From Camelus ferus (Eukaryota): a stretch of 64,000 bases of DNA. Positions 1 through 13,104 of the stretch are shown here, piece after piece (the first letter of the stretch is position 1; every line of letters starts with the position of its first letter). The notes under the pieces were generated by a model. It saw only the letters and a list, made by a program, of their open reading frames with translations, did not search any database and was not told the origin of the DNA. The position numbers and the translations under genes were made by a program. The stretch spans positions 11,410,001 through 11,474,000 of the forward strand of contig NC_045697.1 of NCBI RefSeq assembly GCF_009834535.1, in the 5' to 3' direction.

Positions 1-19
1 AAATACATGAATTCAAGCA

Positions 20-429
20 CAGGTTTCCCTCGCTATCTGAAAGCAGAGCGTTCCTGTGAGAACTTTCCTAAGCTGAAAGAAGAAATTACCTTAGGACACA
101 CCTTGCTAGTGGATGCACAAAATACATCGCGACGGAGCACAGGCGCTCACAGACACAATTCAAAGCCATGGCGGATTGATGCTGAGACGCCGAGCGCAGT
201 TCCGGGGGAAGGAGCTTGGCGGTGCCACCCTCGCTGCTTGGGGGTGTGCACTGCCTCTGTAACGGCTCCCTGCAAAACAGACTCTGAACCCTATTTTTGC
301 TTCTTGCCTTTTATGGAAAAAGTGAAATCCTCTTTGGATTCCTTTCGGTTAGCGAAAACAGACGCTAACGCAGGTCTTTCATAAAAGCCAAGTGGCATAA
401 AGCAGACTTCAGAAAATCAAGGGCTACCT
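20..429 (+). mobile_element. Tigger6-like TcMar-Tigger non-autonomous DNA transposon
   Basis: Starts CAGGTTTCCCTCGCTATCTGAAAG and ends ...GAAAATCAAGGGCTACCT (degenerate inverted termini). The interior matches my recollection of the Tigger6a/b consensus. Confidence 0.75.
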
Positions 430-1007
430 TACCTTAATTTGGTCTCTTAGCCTCCTCGTTCTGTGACCTCTGGGACAGCCTACCTGGCATTGTCCTTGAG
501 GCCACCGTGGCATCAAGCTCATTTCCTACACAGCACCTGCCAATGTATCCAGCTCACTCTGCATTCCCTATCATCACTGCCCCAGGCCCTAACCCTGTGG
601 GTGCCTACTGGAAAAGGATAACTTTCTGAAAGAGGATATTCCCCCCTAAAAATAACTCCTGCTGGAATTTTTGGTTCTATACAATGTCTGATTTCGGATC
701 TTCATTTACATCAAAGATACATAAACTTGAGTCACCATTTAAGCCTACAAGCACAGCATGAACTACTTAAAAAAGCTGTCAGAATGATGTGGGTCCCTGC
801 TCCACCCGCACAGCTCCAGACCCCTGCACTGGGATCAGCAGCTGCCCGGGAAGCCTCAGGTACCACATCTGAGAACTGGGGATGATTTTGTTACCTCTGG
901 CTTTCCTGCCTGGGGGCAGGCAGGGAAGAAACAAAATACAGCTAAGCTCCTCTACTCCATTAACCCTGCGCCTGCTGCTGCAGCAGTCTGGGAAGGCAAA
1001 CACTTGA

Positions 1008-1125
1008 GTTATCCTCATTTTACAGAAAAACTGAGTCTCTGGGAGGTGAAATGGCTTGCCCAAGGTCACACAGCAGGATCTGGGGAGAGCTGGCATTTGA
1101 ACCCCGGACAACGGGCTCTTGAGCA
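1008..1125 (-). mobile_element. MIR SINE fragment
   Basis: Reverse MIR core: CATTTTACAGA..AACTGAG..GAGGTGAAATGGCTTGCCCAAGGTCACACAG. Confidence 0.85.
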
Positions 1126-2879
1126 TGAACTGCAGGATAGCACCTGCACTGTGCGACATGGTGGCGATGCCAGCACCACGCTGTCTGTCGTCCAGACCTT
1201 TCTCTGCCACCGCCTCTCTACTGCAAGGGGGCAGAAAAGTGCAAAGTGAAATATATAACACAGGGCAAATAGCAGGGCTTAAAAGAAGCTCTTCTGAATG
1301 AACAATAAACAAACAAAGGAACTAGCAAGCAGCAAACTGGGCATCACAAAATCCAGAGGAAAGTAACTGCCTCCACTGGGGGAGCGTGGTCTTCAAACAC
1401 GAGCCAAGTGAAGGCAGAAAGCATTCTGCTTCCATGGGGTGTGACAGTTGGCTGTTAACCAGTGTCTCAGGAGATACGGGCTTCAACTGTCACTACTGTT
1501 AATTGTTTAATATGGCTTTCAGCTACCTGAGTTTGGCCCCCAAACTCCTACCATATTAATTTTGCTCTCCATTAACCATCTTCCAAATTCTCCTCCCATT
1601 TTTGAAGGCAGACCATTCTTTTTCATTTTCATCTGCTAATCCATGTACTCAGGGCTTCATCCCCAAAGGTTAATCAAAGGCTGTTCCTAAATAAATCAAG
1701 TCTCCCCTAAGACAAACCCTAACGCCAGCTCTTCATAGCCCTTGTGTCCACCCTGCTTCACAAGCATATTTATAACTGCTATTGTTTTGGTATAAGCGTA
1801 TTGGCTTTGCTACGTGAGGTATGGCTTCAGCTTTAACTCTCAGAAGAACGATAAAACCTTTACATCTTGAGGATCTGATTTGAATCACTCCCTCCTCTTC
1901 TGGAAATGCAGAGAAGCCTGGGTTATGGCTGAATCTAGAAGCCCATCCAGCATCAGGGGTGGTGACAGGGAAAGAGGAAGTGAGGTACAGTGGCAGTGCC
2001 CCGGGGTGAGGTGGCAAAGGAGGACCTGCCCCGGGGAAAACTTCAGCTGGAAGGTTGCATTTTACTAGGGCTTCCAAGGGACCCTTCCTTCCCACGAAAC
2101 AATGGACAGCAAAGATGAGGGGCAACATCTTTAGCCTAGGCCTTTAGCTGAAGGGCTCAACCAGGACTTAAAACCAGACCCAGACCAGCTTCTTACAGTG
2201 GAGCACAATCAAGATTGGCAAAGACAAGGGTACATCGATGGCCAACAAGGAACACTCCTCTTGCACATACAGTGCGATAAGCTCAGACTAGGAGGCTCTT
2301 TTTAAGTTTCAGTCTTCTAGTCTAGGTCCATTTTTGCCTCTGTGTTCATGAAAGTCTCAGATATAGGTTTTTTTTTTTTCTTTCTTTCAAAGTTGGAAGG
2401 AACTTATAAATTTAAACTAGGCATTGTGTTTTGCAGTAGGAAGTAAGCCCAGAGAGGTAAAGTGACTTCCCCAGGGCCAAGGGTTGGGCCAAGACCTGGT
2501 ATCCTGACTCAGCCCAGGTCTTTCAGGGTTTGAGCATCTCCAGATTCGGCTTCCTAGAAGGGGTATCGCCCTCCCCCAGTGAAGAGGTAGAAATACCCTC
2601 TCCCTCCAGGTTACAGGACTCTGTTTCCTTAGATACCTGCACTGACTTCAGAGCAAATTCTGTCTTTGCTTACAGGAGAGCCTGGGGGTCAGGGAGCTCA
2701 AGAGACCTGCCCCTGGGCTCTGGGAGGATGTGTGAAGGGACCAGATGTCAACTGCGGAGAAACTCACTCTAAACCCCAGGCTGAAGTCGCTATGTGATCT
2801 GAGACCAGGAGCATCCCCATTTCTGAATATTATCCCCCGTCCTCTCCTGCCCTGAGATCCCACTCTCTTGCTGGATCTT

Positions 2880-3029
2880 TATATTTATTTATTTAACATT
2901 GTCTATTGGTGGTGGTGGAGAATTAGGTTTACTTTTATTTATTTACTTTTTTGATGGAGGTACTAGGGATTGAACCTAAGACCTCAAGCATGCTAAGCAG
3001 GCACTCTACCACTGAGCTGTACCCTCCCC
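2880..3029 (-). mobile_element. Camelid tRNA-derived SINE (Vic-type)
   Basis: Reverse complement gives a tRNA-like head (CAGCTCAGTGGTAGAG...GGTTCAATCCCTAGTACCTCCA) followed by an A-rich tail containing AAACCTAATT. Flanks resemble a degenerate TSD (CTTGCTGGATCTTT / CTTGCATCTTTT). Confidence 0.85.
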
Positions 3030-3074
3030 GCTTCTTGCATCTTTTCTTGTAGCTGGTTTAGGTCTTTTGCTGTT

Positions 3075-3155
3075 GGTGCTTGCACGACCCTGAAAGTGAG
3101 CACCTCCTTGAATTTTTGTCATCGAGGCCTCACTAGCCTCCTCAAGTCCTGGCCT
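3075..3155. mobile_element. MER91-like hAT-Tip100 fragment
   Basis: GCACGACCCTGAAAGTGAGCACCTCCTTGAATTTT...CTCACTAGCCTC..GTCCTGGCC resembles the MER91 end. Confidence 0.5.
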
Positions 3156-3830
3156 TGTTGTCACAGCTTCTTGCCTTTAAACCCTATTCTCCATTCTGTA
3201 GTTGGAATCATCTTTCCAGAATTTAGATCACTGCCCCTACTTAAACCCCATCGCATCTCCCTTTTGCCCCAGGATGGACTCCAAATTCCTTTGCTCAGTG
3301 TATAAGCCTGTCCAGGAACCAGGGTGAAGATCTCAAACTGTGAGCTCAGCAGAATCCAGCTTGGAGATGAATCTGTTCAGCCCATAATCCCTAATAATTT
3401 CAGGATTTCAATTTAGAGACATAAATTTCTAGCTTCTCTTGAGAAAAGGTTTGAAGTTACTCCTCATTCCTTAGTTTTTTTCCTCAGTAAAATAAATTTT
3501 CTCAGTAATAATACAAAATAAATGAAACAGTGCATGGCCAGTGCATGTCATTCTTAGTTATGACTACAGATGCTGGCGTGGCCCTTGCTGGTTGGCGCTG
3601 AGCCACCGTGCACACCCCGGGAGGGGCAGGAGAGCTCCCCAGTCTGCACCTCTCCCTGCTGCACCCCTCCTTCCAGCTACCTGGCTGGCTCCTGGAGGTG
3701 TTTGAGTTTGTCTCCTGTTTGAGTCCCCACCTGTCCCTAGTCTCCATTCTCTCTACTTCCTGCCTCACATTTTTGAACAACACTAAACAGCTTGGGTTTC
3801 CTCCATGTGCTTTTTCAGCCTGAATCTGAG

Positions 3831-4303
3831 TGTAAGAGGGAAGAACAAACCTGACTCTATTTTGGATCTGTTTCTTTTACTTTAATCTTTGTATTCTATT
3901 GCTTTTGCTGCAAGTTGATCACCAAAGGGATGTTGCCTATAAGCTTAAATTAATGGACCATCTCTGGGAACCCTGCCTCCCAGGTAATGAGTGTTAACCT
4001 AAAATACCTTTGTTTAACTCACAGGAAACATCCTGACCAGGCCCACCTGTGAATGACTATGAGAAGGAAGAAATTAATAGATTCCCCCCAGAGGCTGATG
4101 GGAACCAGGAAATGTTTGACTTTACTCCCTCCCCATTTTAGTATAAAAGAAGCATGAATTCTAACTCAGGCAAGATGGTTCTTTGGGACACCAGTCCTAC
4201 CATCTTCTCAGTCTGCTGACTTTCCAAATACATTCACTATTCTTCGTCCTTCAATTTATTGGCCTCTTGTGTGGTGAGAAGTACAATGCTTGGGCCCAGT
4301 AAT
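3831..4303 (+). mobile_element. ERV1 solo LTR, MER41-like (cetartiodactyl type)
   Basis: Begins TGTAAGAGGGAAGAACAAACCTGACTC, has TATAAAA at 4142 and a degenerate poly(A) signal AATACA at 4227, and ends ...CAGTAATA. No internal ERV sequence follows. Confidence 0.75.
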
Positions 4304-4559
4304 AAGAGCTTTGATCATTCTTGACACATGGAAGATGTACTTTGTCTACAGACCTCACTGGAGAGTAATGCCATGCCCCACCCCAGGTGGGGACACCAGC
4401 ATGCTGCCCAGTGCTGAGCACAGGCTAAAACCCAAGTGTTTCTAGAAATAAATTAAACTGAGAAAGCCAACAGTTAACTGATTGACATGGATTTATACCC
4501 TCTCTTGGTTTCTAAAAAGCCTGCACTTTCAATCAGTAACAGTATTCCACATCCAATTC

Positions 4560-4685
4560 CAGAAGAGCCTGAGTTGAGAGTTAAATCAAGTTGAGTTTAA
4601 ACCCCAGCCCTGTCACTTATTTTTGACCATGGGCTGGTTACATAATCTCTCTGAGTCATGGTTTTCTCACCTTCCAAAAGGACCT
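4560..4685 (+). mobile_element. MIR SINE fragment
   Basis: GTTTAAACCCCAGCCCTGTCACTTA...TGACCATGGGC..ATCTCTCTGAGTC..TTTTCTCACCT core. Confidence 0.7.
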
Positions 4686-4686
4686 C

Positions 4687-5200
4687 ACAGCTATTCTGTT
4701 CCTAAGTATTACGAAAACACATGTCCACACAATAACTTATATGTAAATATTTATAGCAGCTTCCTTCACAATAGCCAAAAACTCAAAAAAAAAAAAAAGT
4801 GTTCATCAACAGATGAATGGCTAAACCAGCTAGAGTGTAACCCATTCAGTGGAACAGAACTCAGGGCTCAGGGATAAAAAGGAACTTAGTACAGACACAC
4901 ACAACAATGTGAGTGAATCTTAAAGGCATTGTCCTACATGAAAGAGGATGATACATGTATGATTCCACTTTTATATGTAAACAAATACATTATGACAAAA
5001 AGCATAAAAGCATGATGACAAAAAGATGGACGGAAAGAAGAATTCTAATGGGATTTGAAGAGTCCTTCTGGGATGATGGACAGGTTCTGAATCAGGACTG
5101 TGGTGGTGGTTTCATGGGCACACGCCACTGTCAAAACTCATTGAATTGTACACTTTAGATGCATGTAGTTTACTGTGCAAAAATAATTCCCCTATAAATC
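4687..5200 (+). mobile_element. Old L1 (L1M-type) 3' end fragment
   Basis: TTTATAGCAGC..CACAATAGCCAAAA..CATCAACAGATGAATGG and TGTCAAAACTCATTGAATTGTACACTT are typical L1M 3' UTR motifs. Confidence 0.8.
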
Positions 5201-8200
5201 TGAGAAGAACCAAGATTAAAAACATAACCCCTATTATGTTCAGCAGCATTTATTGGTAATGCATGAGTAATTAAATAGTAATAGTAGCAGAGGGTTGTTT
5301 TTTTTTTTTTTTTGGCAGTGGTGCTTATTTTAAACATGTGAATTAATATTAAGACCAATTGCATTAAGGAAGAATGATATAACTAATTTTGTAGCAGTTA
5401 TTTGACATTTTTCAATGCAATCTTGACTAAGTCAATTGTAATTTAAAATTTAGTAGGATAGTATTTATATATACACATGCACTTAAACTATGCAGGTGTA
5501 GACATGTCATAAAAATATTTACTAGATGTTTTAGTTGAGGATGGAAGAGAAGAGAAGTGTAGGCCAGGGCCTGCCCTGTTTGGTGGTTTTGTGGGACCAG
5601 TGCCGAAGCCCCTGGAGGGGACAGAAGGTTTCCATTGTGGTGGCTCCTCAGGACCAACCAGAAGCTCCAGGGAGAGGCCTGGACCACAGGAAGCCTTATC
5701 ACCAGCTCATCTCTCATTTTCTGTTCCTCACACTTTTGTGGACCCGAAGCAGGCTTTCCTTTTGGTGTGCCTGGCAGAAACTAGCATCATCATTTCCTTC
5801 TCAGGTTTCAATTTTCCTCCAAGTGTCTAGTAGATAGGGGTTCCCTAACAAGGACAACAGGAAAAGACCTCATCCTAAGAGATAAATGGGGAAAGTGATG
5901 GGGAGATGGGAGCAGGCGCCATCTTTTATCTCACCAAATACCAAATACCTGTCTCCCACAGCCTGCTCTTGACCTCGCTCTGCAATTTCATTCAGCTTTT
6001 CGATCATTATCTTAATAGGCATCTACCCATCATTTACCAAAATGCAGTAAGTGGGCTGATCATTTTTCTGAAGATAAAAATGACATCTCTATTCTCTCTT
6101 TCTCTCCCTCTCTTAAAGCTGCTGCTTATCCATTATTTTAACTCTGGCTTTTTTGGGCTTTCTAGGATGGCTTAGTGTGCTGGCTGAGTCTGTAAAAGCT
6201 GGGGAGACAGAGAGTTAAATCATCAACTAGAAAATTTGATCGTGTAGGCCTAGACTCCTGGTAGTTCAGTGCAAATGAAAGCAGCAAGTTTCTTTCAATC
6301 TTAATTATCTGTGTCATTACCTTAGCCCAGAGAGACACAGCCTCAGAATCTCAAGAAACGTGGGTTTCTTTTTCTCAATCCATCAGTGGCATAGTCAGCA
6401 ACATGTATTATGTGCCAACTGTATGAAGCAACTCTACATCAAATATTGAGTGGTACCCGAGAGGTGTATTATAGATGTTGCAAATGCACCTCTAAATAAC
6501 CTAACTACAGAATCAAGACCATTGGAATACCTGATGTGTACTAGGCACTGCACTAGCTGCAAAGATTCGAGGACACACAATATGGGGCCTTAAGGGAAGA
6601 ATAAGTAAGCCAAAAATGTGTGCGGCGGAGCAGTGTCATTTTTGTGATGCTGACCCATATGCGTGGCAAGAGTTTAGGGAGGGAACAGTCAAGAAGCAGG
6701 AGATGCCAGTCAACATCTAATGAGCATTCTTCTGTGTCCAGCATCACCACTTTGACTTTTGCCCACCAATCACAGCAGATTTTTACAGCTCAAATGCCAC
6801 CTCTTCTGTGAAGCAGTCCTGGCCCCTTAGACAAAAGGAATTACCCCTTACTCAGTGCTCCCAGCACATACAGCTATTTGGCATTGATATCATTCTGTTC
6901 TGTGTGGAAATGAATTGTCTTTAAGACTGTTTTGGCCACTGGATCCTTCTTGGGATTTAGAAGGCTAGTCCTACCCATTCATGTCTTTATCGTTGAGAAC
7001 ATTCACTACCCTAACTTGCACAGACTAGTTTTAATAATTCCCTATAAGAAAAAGGTGTGATCAAAGGTGATGACTGAAAAGGCACCTTGACTCCCTTCCA
7101 AAGAGCCTCACCAGAAGGCTTTGTCCTGATGAATTTATGTTGGCACTTTAGGTTCAAAAATTTGATTTTGATAAGTGTAGAATAGTTCCTTATCTCAACT
7201 CCTCCTAACCCAGTTCACATGACTGAGGCACAAAACTCTCTTAGCGTCCTCAAAAATTATAGAGCACTCTTCCCTCTTATTATTTTTTTAAAATCCCAAA
7301 GAGATGGAAATTTGGGGGAAACAAGGAACCAAACAAAGGGACGAAAAAGGTTATGCTTTATCTAAGTACATTATTTATTCTCTGACAAAAGCAATGCCAT
7401 GCTGAATTGGGATGTCACTGGCCCAGCTTCCAGCCCTCTGTCCAAGTGGGATTCTTTAATTGTGCAAATGACACCACCTCCTGAGCTGACAGGTAACGCC
7501 TTAATGATCTGAGGGCCCATGAGCAAAGGGGGAACCATGCTTTGTAGCAAATCTCCCAGGCCAGGTAGGCAATCTTTGTCCACGTTTTTGATCCTCCACT
7601 CTGCCCTCCTTTAGAGAAGCAACTGACAATGGATGGGCCTGTAATGACATACAGTCCCAACTCTCTTTACTTCCCCAAACACAGAAGGCCAAGTTTCTTG
7701 CATTTCTGTAACTGAAGCATAGAAAGTGAGCAGAAATAGTAAACAAAGAGGCTTTGGACAAAAGATTTTTCTGGAGTGGTATTTCTCTTCATTTTGACAT
7801 GGCCTACTTATGGAAAGGGGAATACCAACTTTCTTTTAACAATGTCAGAGCCTGCAAAACCCAATTCCCACCTATGGGCAGAAAGAGTCATCCCATGGTA
7901 ATGTTTCAGGGTCTCAGACCAATAGGAAACTTCCCCCCAAGCCAGGTCATTTCTAATACAGACGCTAATGTATTCATTCACATTGAGGATGTTGTCCATT
8001 GGGCCACAGCGCTCTCTTTGCTGCAGGTCAACCTGCTAAGGGAGTCATACCCCACATAGAATGCACTGAGTGAGCATGGATTGGAACAAAATGAGTTTGC
8101 TAAAATAGTAGTGTCTAACTGATTGATTCCAGTGAAGACATTATACCAAAAGGATCATCTTCCCATCAAGATCTGAAAACAATGAATGTGGGCTCCCTTG

Positions 8201-8481
8201 GACTCTTCTGAGACAAGCACTATCCAGGTTACTCTGGGACTCCTCCATGCCTCACCGTGAATTGTCCCATTTGCCTGTCCATTCGTTCAAGTCACAGACA
8301 TGGCTTACAATGTAGAACTCCTCTTTTCTTAAAGAGACTTTAAACATCTCTGCTGTGCTTTTTTTTTTAAGCTGTTAATTTCACATTTGAACCCTCAGAG
8401 GGCAATTTTATTTCCCCTCTTTCCAAATTTGTGATATATCACATCACAGATCACAAATGTAATAAAAATAAGGAATCAAAA

Positions 8482-8568
8482 ATACTGTATAGCACAGGGA
8501 ACTATATTCAATAATTTGTAATAGCCTATAATGAAAAATAATATGAAAAGGGATATATATTGATAGAT

Positions 8569-8624
<56 letters not shown>

Positions 8625-8728
8625 TTATCTATCTATCTATCTGTAAAACTGAATCACAGTGCTGTACACCAGAAATTAACACAACATTGTAAACTGACTA
8701 TATGTCAATTAAAAAAGAAGAAAGAAAG
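8482..8728 (+). mobile_element. Cetartiodactyl-type L1 3' end with A-rich tail
   Basis: TACTGTATAGCACAGGGAACTATATTCAATA...AACTGAATCAC..TGCTGTACACCAGAAATTAACACAACATTGTAAA...AAAAAAGAAG. Confidence 0.85.
8571..8642. repeat. (ATCT)n tetranucleotide microsatellite, about 18 units, inside the L1 3' end
   Basis: Read directly; one ATTT interruption. Confidence 0.97.
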
Positions 8729-8734
8729 GCTACA

Positions 8735-8930
8735 TTTGCAATCAAAATCCTGAATTTAAATCCTGGTTCTGCCACCGACTACCTGTGTTACTTAGACAAA
8801 ATGTTCTTCCTACCTTTCCAAACCTCAGATTTCTCTTTCAGGAGAACATGACTACTTCCTAAGATGTTAACTTACAGGAATGACCAAGAGAATATGTATA
8901 CAAAAGCCTAGAACAGAGACTATATGTCAA
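8735..8930 (+). mobile_element. MIR SINE
   Basis: AATCCTGGTTCTGCCACC.ACTACCTGTGT..ACCTCAG.TTTCTC core. Confidence 0.7.
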
Positions 8931-8964
8931 TCAAATTTGATTCTGAAAACCTAGCTGAAACTTA

Positions 8965-9220
8965 ACCACCAAAGTAAAACCTTCCCTGACTTCTCCAGCC
9001 ATGCGTGGTCCTCCACCTGCAGACCCCTATTACATACAGCACACACCACCAGTGCAGCCCTTAACATGTCCTATTTTCATTTTTAAGTCCCTGTCCGTTA
9101 CTTGATTAGAAAGTCCTCAATGGCAGGTACCAACCCATATTCACTCATGAACCCACAGACTTGAGATGGTCTCTTATACAGAGGAGGTCTTTATAAATAT
9201 TTGTAAAATGAATGAATAAA
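8965..9220 (+). mobile_element. L2 3' end
   Basis: AACCTTCCCTGAC...TAGAAAGTCCTCAATGGCAGG...ATAAATATTTGTAAAATGAATGAAT terminal motif. Confidence 0.7.
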
Positions 9221-9983
9221 TGTCATCAAAAGCTCTAGCCCTAACTAACTCAGAAAATGAAGGTGGCATTCTCATAACTGTTATAAAAAATCTCTCCCAC
9301 ACTATGTCGTTCTTATATGGCACCAGCTCACATGGCACTTTGGATTTGAAGTCTTCAATTTCCAGACGCATTTACAATTTACCTCACCAGGGCAGGTCTT
9401 TGCAGGCTCTTGATGATGTAAAATTATCCAAGAAGAGTCTCATGAAATATATATTGGTTTCTTCGTGTCTTCCTTTTACAGAAAGAAAGACTAGAGCCCT
9501 AACTCCTAATTGATGTCAAAAACCACAATTCCTTGCCACAGTTTTTGGTTTTTTATTGCTTCCTGTCATCAATTATAATTTTATAGCAGAAATTATTTAG
9601 TTTTCCATGTGTTCGTGAAGACTCTAAGAGTTATAAGCTGGCTTCTCTTCTGTGTGCAAAGGAAAAAAAGGCAGGAGAATTTGGGGGAAGAAAGTGAGTA
9701 AGAAAAGAATAAGAAAGTTCTTTAAAAGGAATTCAGAGTTTAAACTGGCTTTAAATGCTACACACTAAAGACCAGAGCAGATTCAGTTTTTAAAATGAAT
9801 ATATAATTTGCGCAGTGCCCTTTTCTTTGTTTTAGCTTAAAAAAGAATGGGATGAAGCAAGTTCAATGGATTTTCCTATTAACATTATAATGTTACATTA
9901 ATATATTATATTAACACATTGTTAGAATTATGTATGTTGTAATTAATAACATATATTAATATTAGTTTAATAAAAAGCACAGA

Positions 9984-10380
9984 TTTTTTATTGAAGTATA
10001 GTCAGTTACAATATCCCAGTCATGCATATACATACATATATTCATTTTCATATTCTTTTTCCTTAAAGATTATTAAAGATATTGAATATAGTTTCCTGTG
10101 CTATACAGAAAAAATTTTTAAATTTGTTTTTATATATGTTGACTAACATTTGCAAATCTCAAACTCCCAAATTTATCCCTTCCTAACCCCTTCCCCTGGT
10201 AACCATAAGATTGTTTACTATGTCTGCAAGTCTGTTTCTGTTTTGTTGATGAATTCATTAGCGTCCTCTTTTTTTTCTTTCTTTCTTTTTTTTTTTTTTT
10301 TTTTTTGATTCCACATATGAGAGATATCATATGGTATTTTTATTTCTCTTTCTGGCTTACTTCACTCAGAATAACAATTT
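9984..10380 (-). mobile_element. Cetartiodactyl-type L1 3' end
   Basis: TTTTTATTGAAGTATAGTCAGTTACAAT...TTTCCTGTGCTATACAG...GGTAACCATAAG...GATTCCACATATGAG, with an internal poly-T run. Confidence 0.85.
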
Positions 10381-10659
10381 TTAAGTGCAGTTTTATGGGT
10401 TTTACAAATGTCTGTCTATACCCTTGTAACTCTATACTGATCAAGATATAGCACATCTTCATTTCCTCAGAATTTTCCTTTCTGTCCATTTTTGGATCCC
10501 CTCTCACCCCCTGTTCCTCAAATCAGTGGACCATAATATTTTTGGCTCCATGGATTATTTCTTAGAATCTGATAAAAGCTACAGACCTTTTCACACTGGG
10601 TCAGGGAAGTGGGCGTATATGAATGAATCCAGGTTAAGGACCCCAAGCAAGTTTCATTA

Positions 10660-10990
10660 ATCCTTTCATTTATTTATTCAGAAATCTTTCTTGAGCACAG
10701 ACTGAGTGCTTGGAATAGGTGTTGGGCAGGTGATGGTAAAGAAAAATGGCACCATTCTTCCCTCCTTGATTTACAGCAAGGAGAGAGGCAAGGAACAAGA
10801 AAGCAGAAAAAGATTGACTGTCAGACTGTGATGAATGCAATGAGGGCAATTATTAGTCCAGGTGTAGTGATAAAGAACAGCATGAAGAGGCTATTTAACT
10901 GCTTTAGGGAAGCTCTCTGTGAGGAGGTGACCTAGGCATGAAAGAAAGCTAGCCAGGCAAAGAGATAGAGAAGAGCTTTCCAAAAGAGAC
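10660..10990 (-). mobile_element. L2 fragment
   Basis: TTCATTTATTTATTCAGAAATCTTTCTTGAGC...GGGAAGCTCTCTGTGAGGAGGTGAC matches the reverse L2 3' end. Confidence 0.7.
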
Positions 10991-11149
10991 AACTGTTTGA
11001 TTGCTGCCTATCTAAATTCCCCTTCCCCTTCCACTCAAATTCTGTCCTAAAATATAGAATGTTAATTTCACTCATTTACAGAGCAGTACAAATATTTAAA
11101 GAAAATTTATATTTTCACATGACATTGTTTTTAATTACTATACCAATAG

Positions 11150-11580
11150 TTTTATTGGTTATCTACTGGCTGTGTAACAAGTCACCCCAAAATCTAGTGG
11201 TTTAAACAACAATAACTTTATTATCTCTTGTGATTTGTTTGGGTCAGGAATTCAGGAAAGTACTGGCTGAGTGGTTCTGGGCCAGGGTCTCTCATGGAGT
11301 TGAAGTTAGTCTTGACTCAATCTGGAACAGCAGGAAGTGGCCAGGGATTCTCTTTCTTAATAAAGTCTCAGGGATTCTTCATGTGGTATCTCTGGAAAAA
11401 CTTACTTTGGGCTTCCTTACAGCATGGCAGTGTCAGGACAGTTGGACAGCTTCCATGGTGACTGAAGTCTTCAGGAAGTAAATATTCCAATGAGAAAGAC
11501 AGAAGCTGAATGTTTTTTATGACCTAATTGTAGAAGTCACAGTGTTACTTTCACCATGCTCTATTCATCAATCAGTCAAA
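11150..11580 (-). mobile_element. MLT1 (MaLR) LTR
   Basis: TATTGGTTATCTACTGGCTGTGTAACAAGTCACCCCAAAATCTAGTGGTTTAAACAAC...GGTCAGGAATTCAGG...GGGTCTCTCATG. Confidence 0.8.
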
Positions 11581-11894
11581 AGATTTCAAGAAGAGATATA
11601 CACTGAAGGGAGAGTAGCAAGATTTTAGAAGAGTATATGGAATAAGAATATTGTTGCAATCATCTTTAGAAAGTAGAATCAACCATGGGCAGTCAGGCAG
11701 GGGAGATGGGTAAGGGGAGAAGAGAGTGGATTCCAAGGTTAGGTGGAGAATAGCTCTAATAAATACAAGAAGGTAGATAAGTGATGGACACATGGGCACA
11801 TTCAGAAGTTTCATGAAGAAGAGGAGAGTGTCAGTTTGGATATGTTCAGTCACACACACACAAAAAGAGTGAGCGAGAGAGAGAAAATTCTGAC

Positions 11895-12330
11895 TGAACT
11901 GAATTAAACAGCAGGAAATGTTTTCTTTGTCACACAAAGTTCAAAGGTGGAACAGGGATCAAGGGTGGTTTATTCAGCAGTGACTTAACAATGCCATCTA
12001 AGAGTGAACTTCTTTTCATAACTCAGCTCTTCCATCAGGTTTCCTACAAAATGACTCTGTTTATGGTCTCAAACTGGCTGCCACAGATTCAGACATTATA
12101 TGCAATATTATATATAGTATGCATATATATACACATATATAGAGACAAATAGAAACCATTTTTTTCTTCCCAAGATCTCTCTTTTAAATCTGAAGAAATG
12201 CCGTGCAGAACTTCCATGATGCCTCATGGATCAGTTCTGGGTCACATGCCTACCCCTCAACAAATCACTGGCAGAAGAAATAAATAAATTGTCATGATTG
12301 ACTTAGGATGTCCTGAATCATGTGGGAGAT
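11895..12330 (-). mobile_element. Old MLT1 (J/K/L-like) LTR fragment
   Basis: GGTCACATGCCTACCCCT..CAAATCACTGGCA and ATGATTGACTTAG motifs. Confidence 0.55.
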
Positions 12331-13104
12331 GGGTGGAAGCAGAAAGAGAGGTCATTAATAGTGAGATAATGATTCAGTCAATGGACTTGGGGTCTTAACG
12401 AAATCAAATTGCTAAATTGAGAGTATGGAAGTAGGTACGTTGGAAAGACAGGAGACAGACAAAGATAGGTGTTTGAAGTCAAGGCTATGACAAGGTCTAG
12501 GGTGTGACTATGACAGTGGGAGGAACTAAAAAGATCATGGAGGTAAGAAATCTGAGAAACCAAGAGACCAATAGAAGCATGATTCATGGGGATAGTAAAG
12601 TCACTCAGTATGGGACAGGAATAATAATAGAAAAGAAATGGTAGAAGTCAGTTAGCAATTAAGTGCTTTACTATGAGTAATTTTCATATGTCATGTGTGA
12701 ACACTTATATGACCTACACCAGCACAAACTTATGAGAAAAAGCATATGGGATCAGAATTTTACCAGCCTCCAAATGGTCTCCTTGACTCTAATCTTCCAC
12801 TCTGTAGCAAAAGTAATCTATCTAAATAATCTATGTCATCACTTTAGCATTCTACCTAAGGTCTTCTAATACTCCCCAGGGCCATCAAGATAAAGTATAA
12901 ACTCTTTAACATGACTAACAAGGCTCCTAGTGTATAATCTCTGCCACTGTCTCTAGATTCAGGTGGTTTTTCCAAACTTTTGATCATTCATCCTTATCAG
13001 AAAATATTTTTGAACATGCACTCCTAATGTATATCTATCTATATACTAGTATATCAATACATTGTTTTATTATAAGAGATATACTAAAATAGAAATCAAA
13101 GTAA

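Noticed and set aside
7..384. 125-aa ORF
   Set aside because: It lies within a non-autonomous Tigger element and has no transposase motifs.
779..1312. Longest ORF in the track (177 aa, minus strand)
   Set aside because: It runs through a MIR (CCVTLGKPFHLPETQF is translated MIR core) and resembles no protein I know. Chance ORF.
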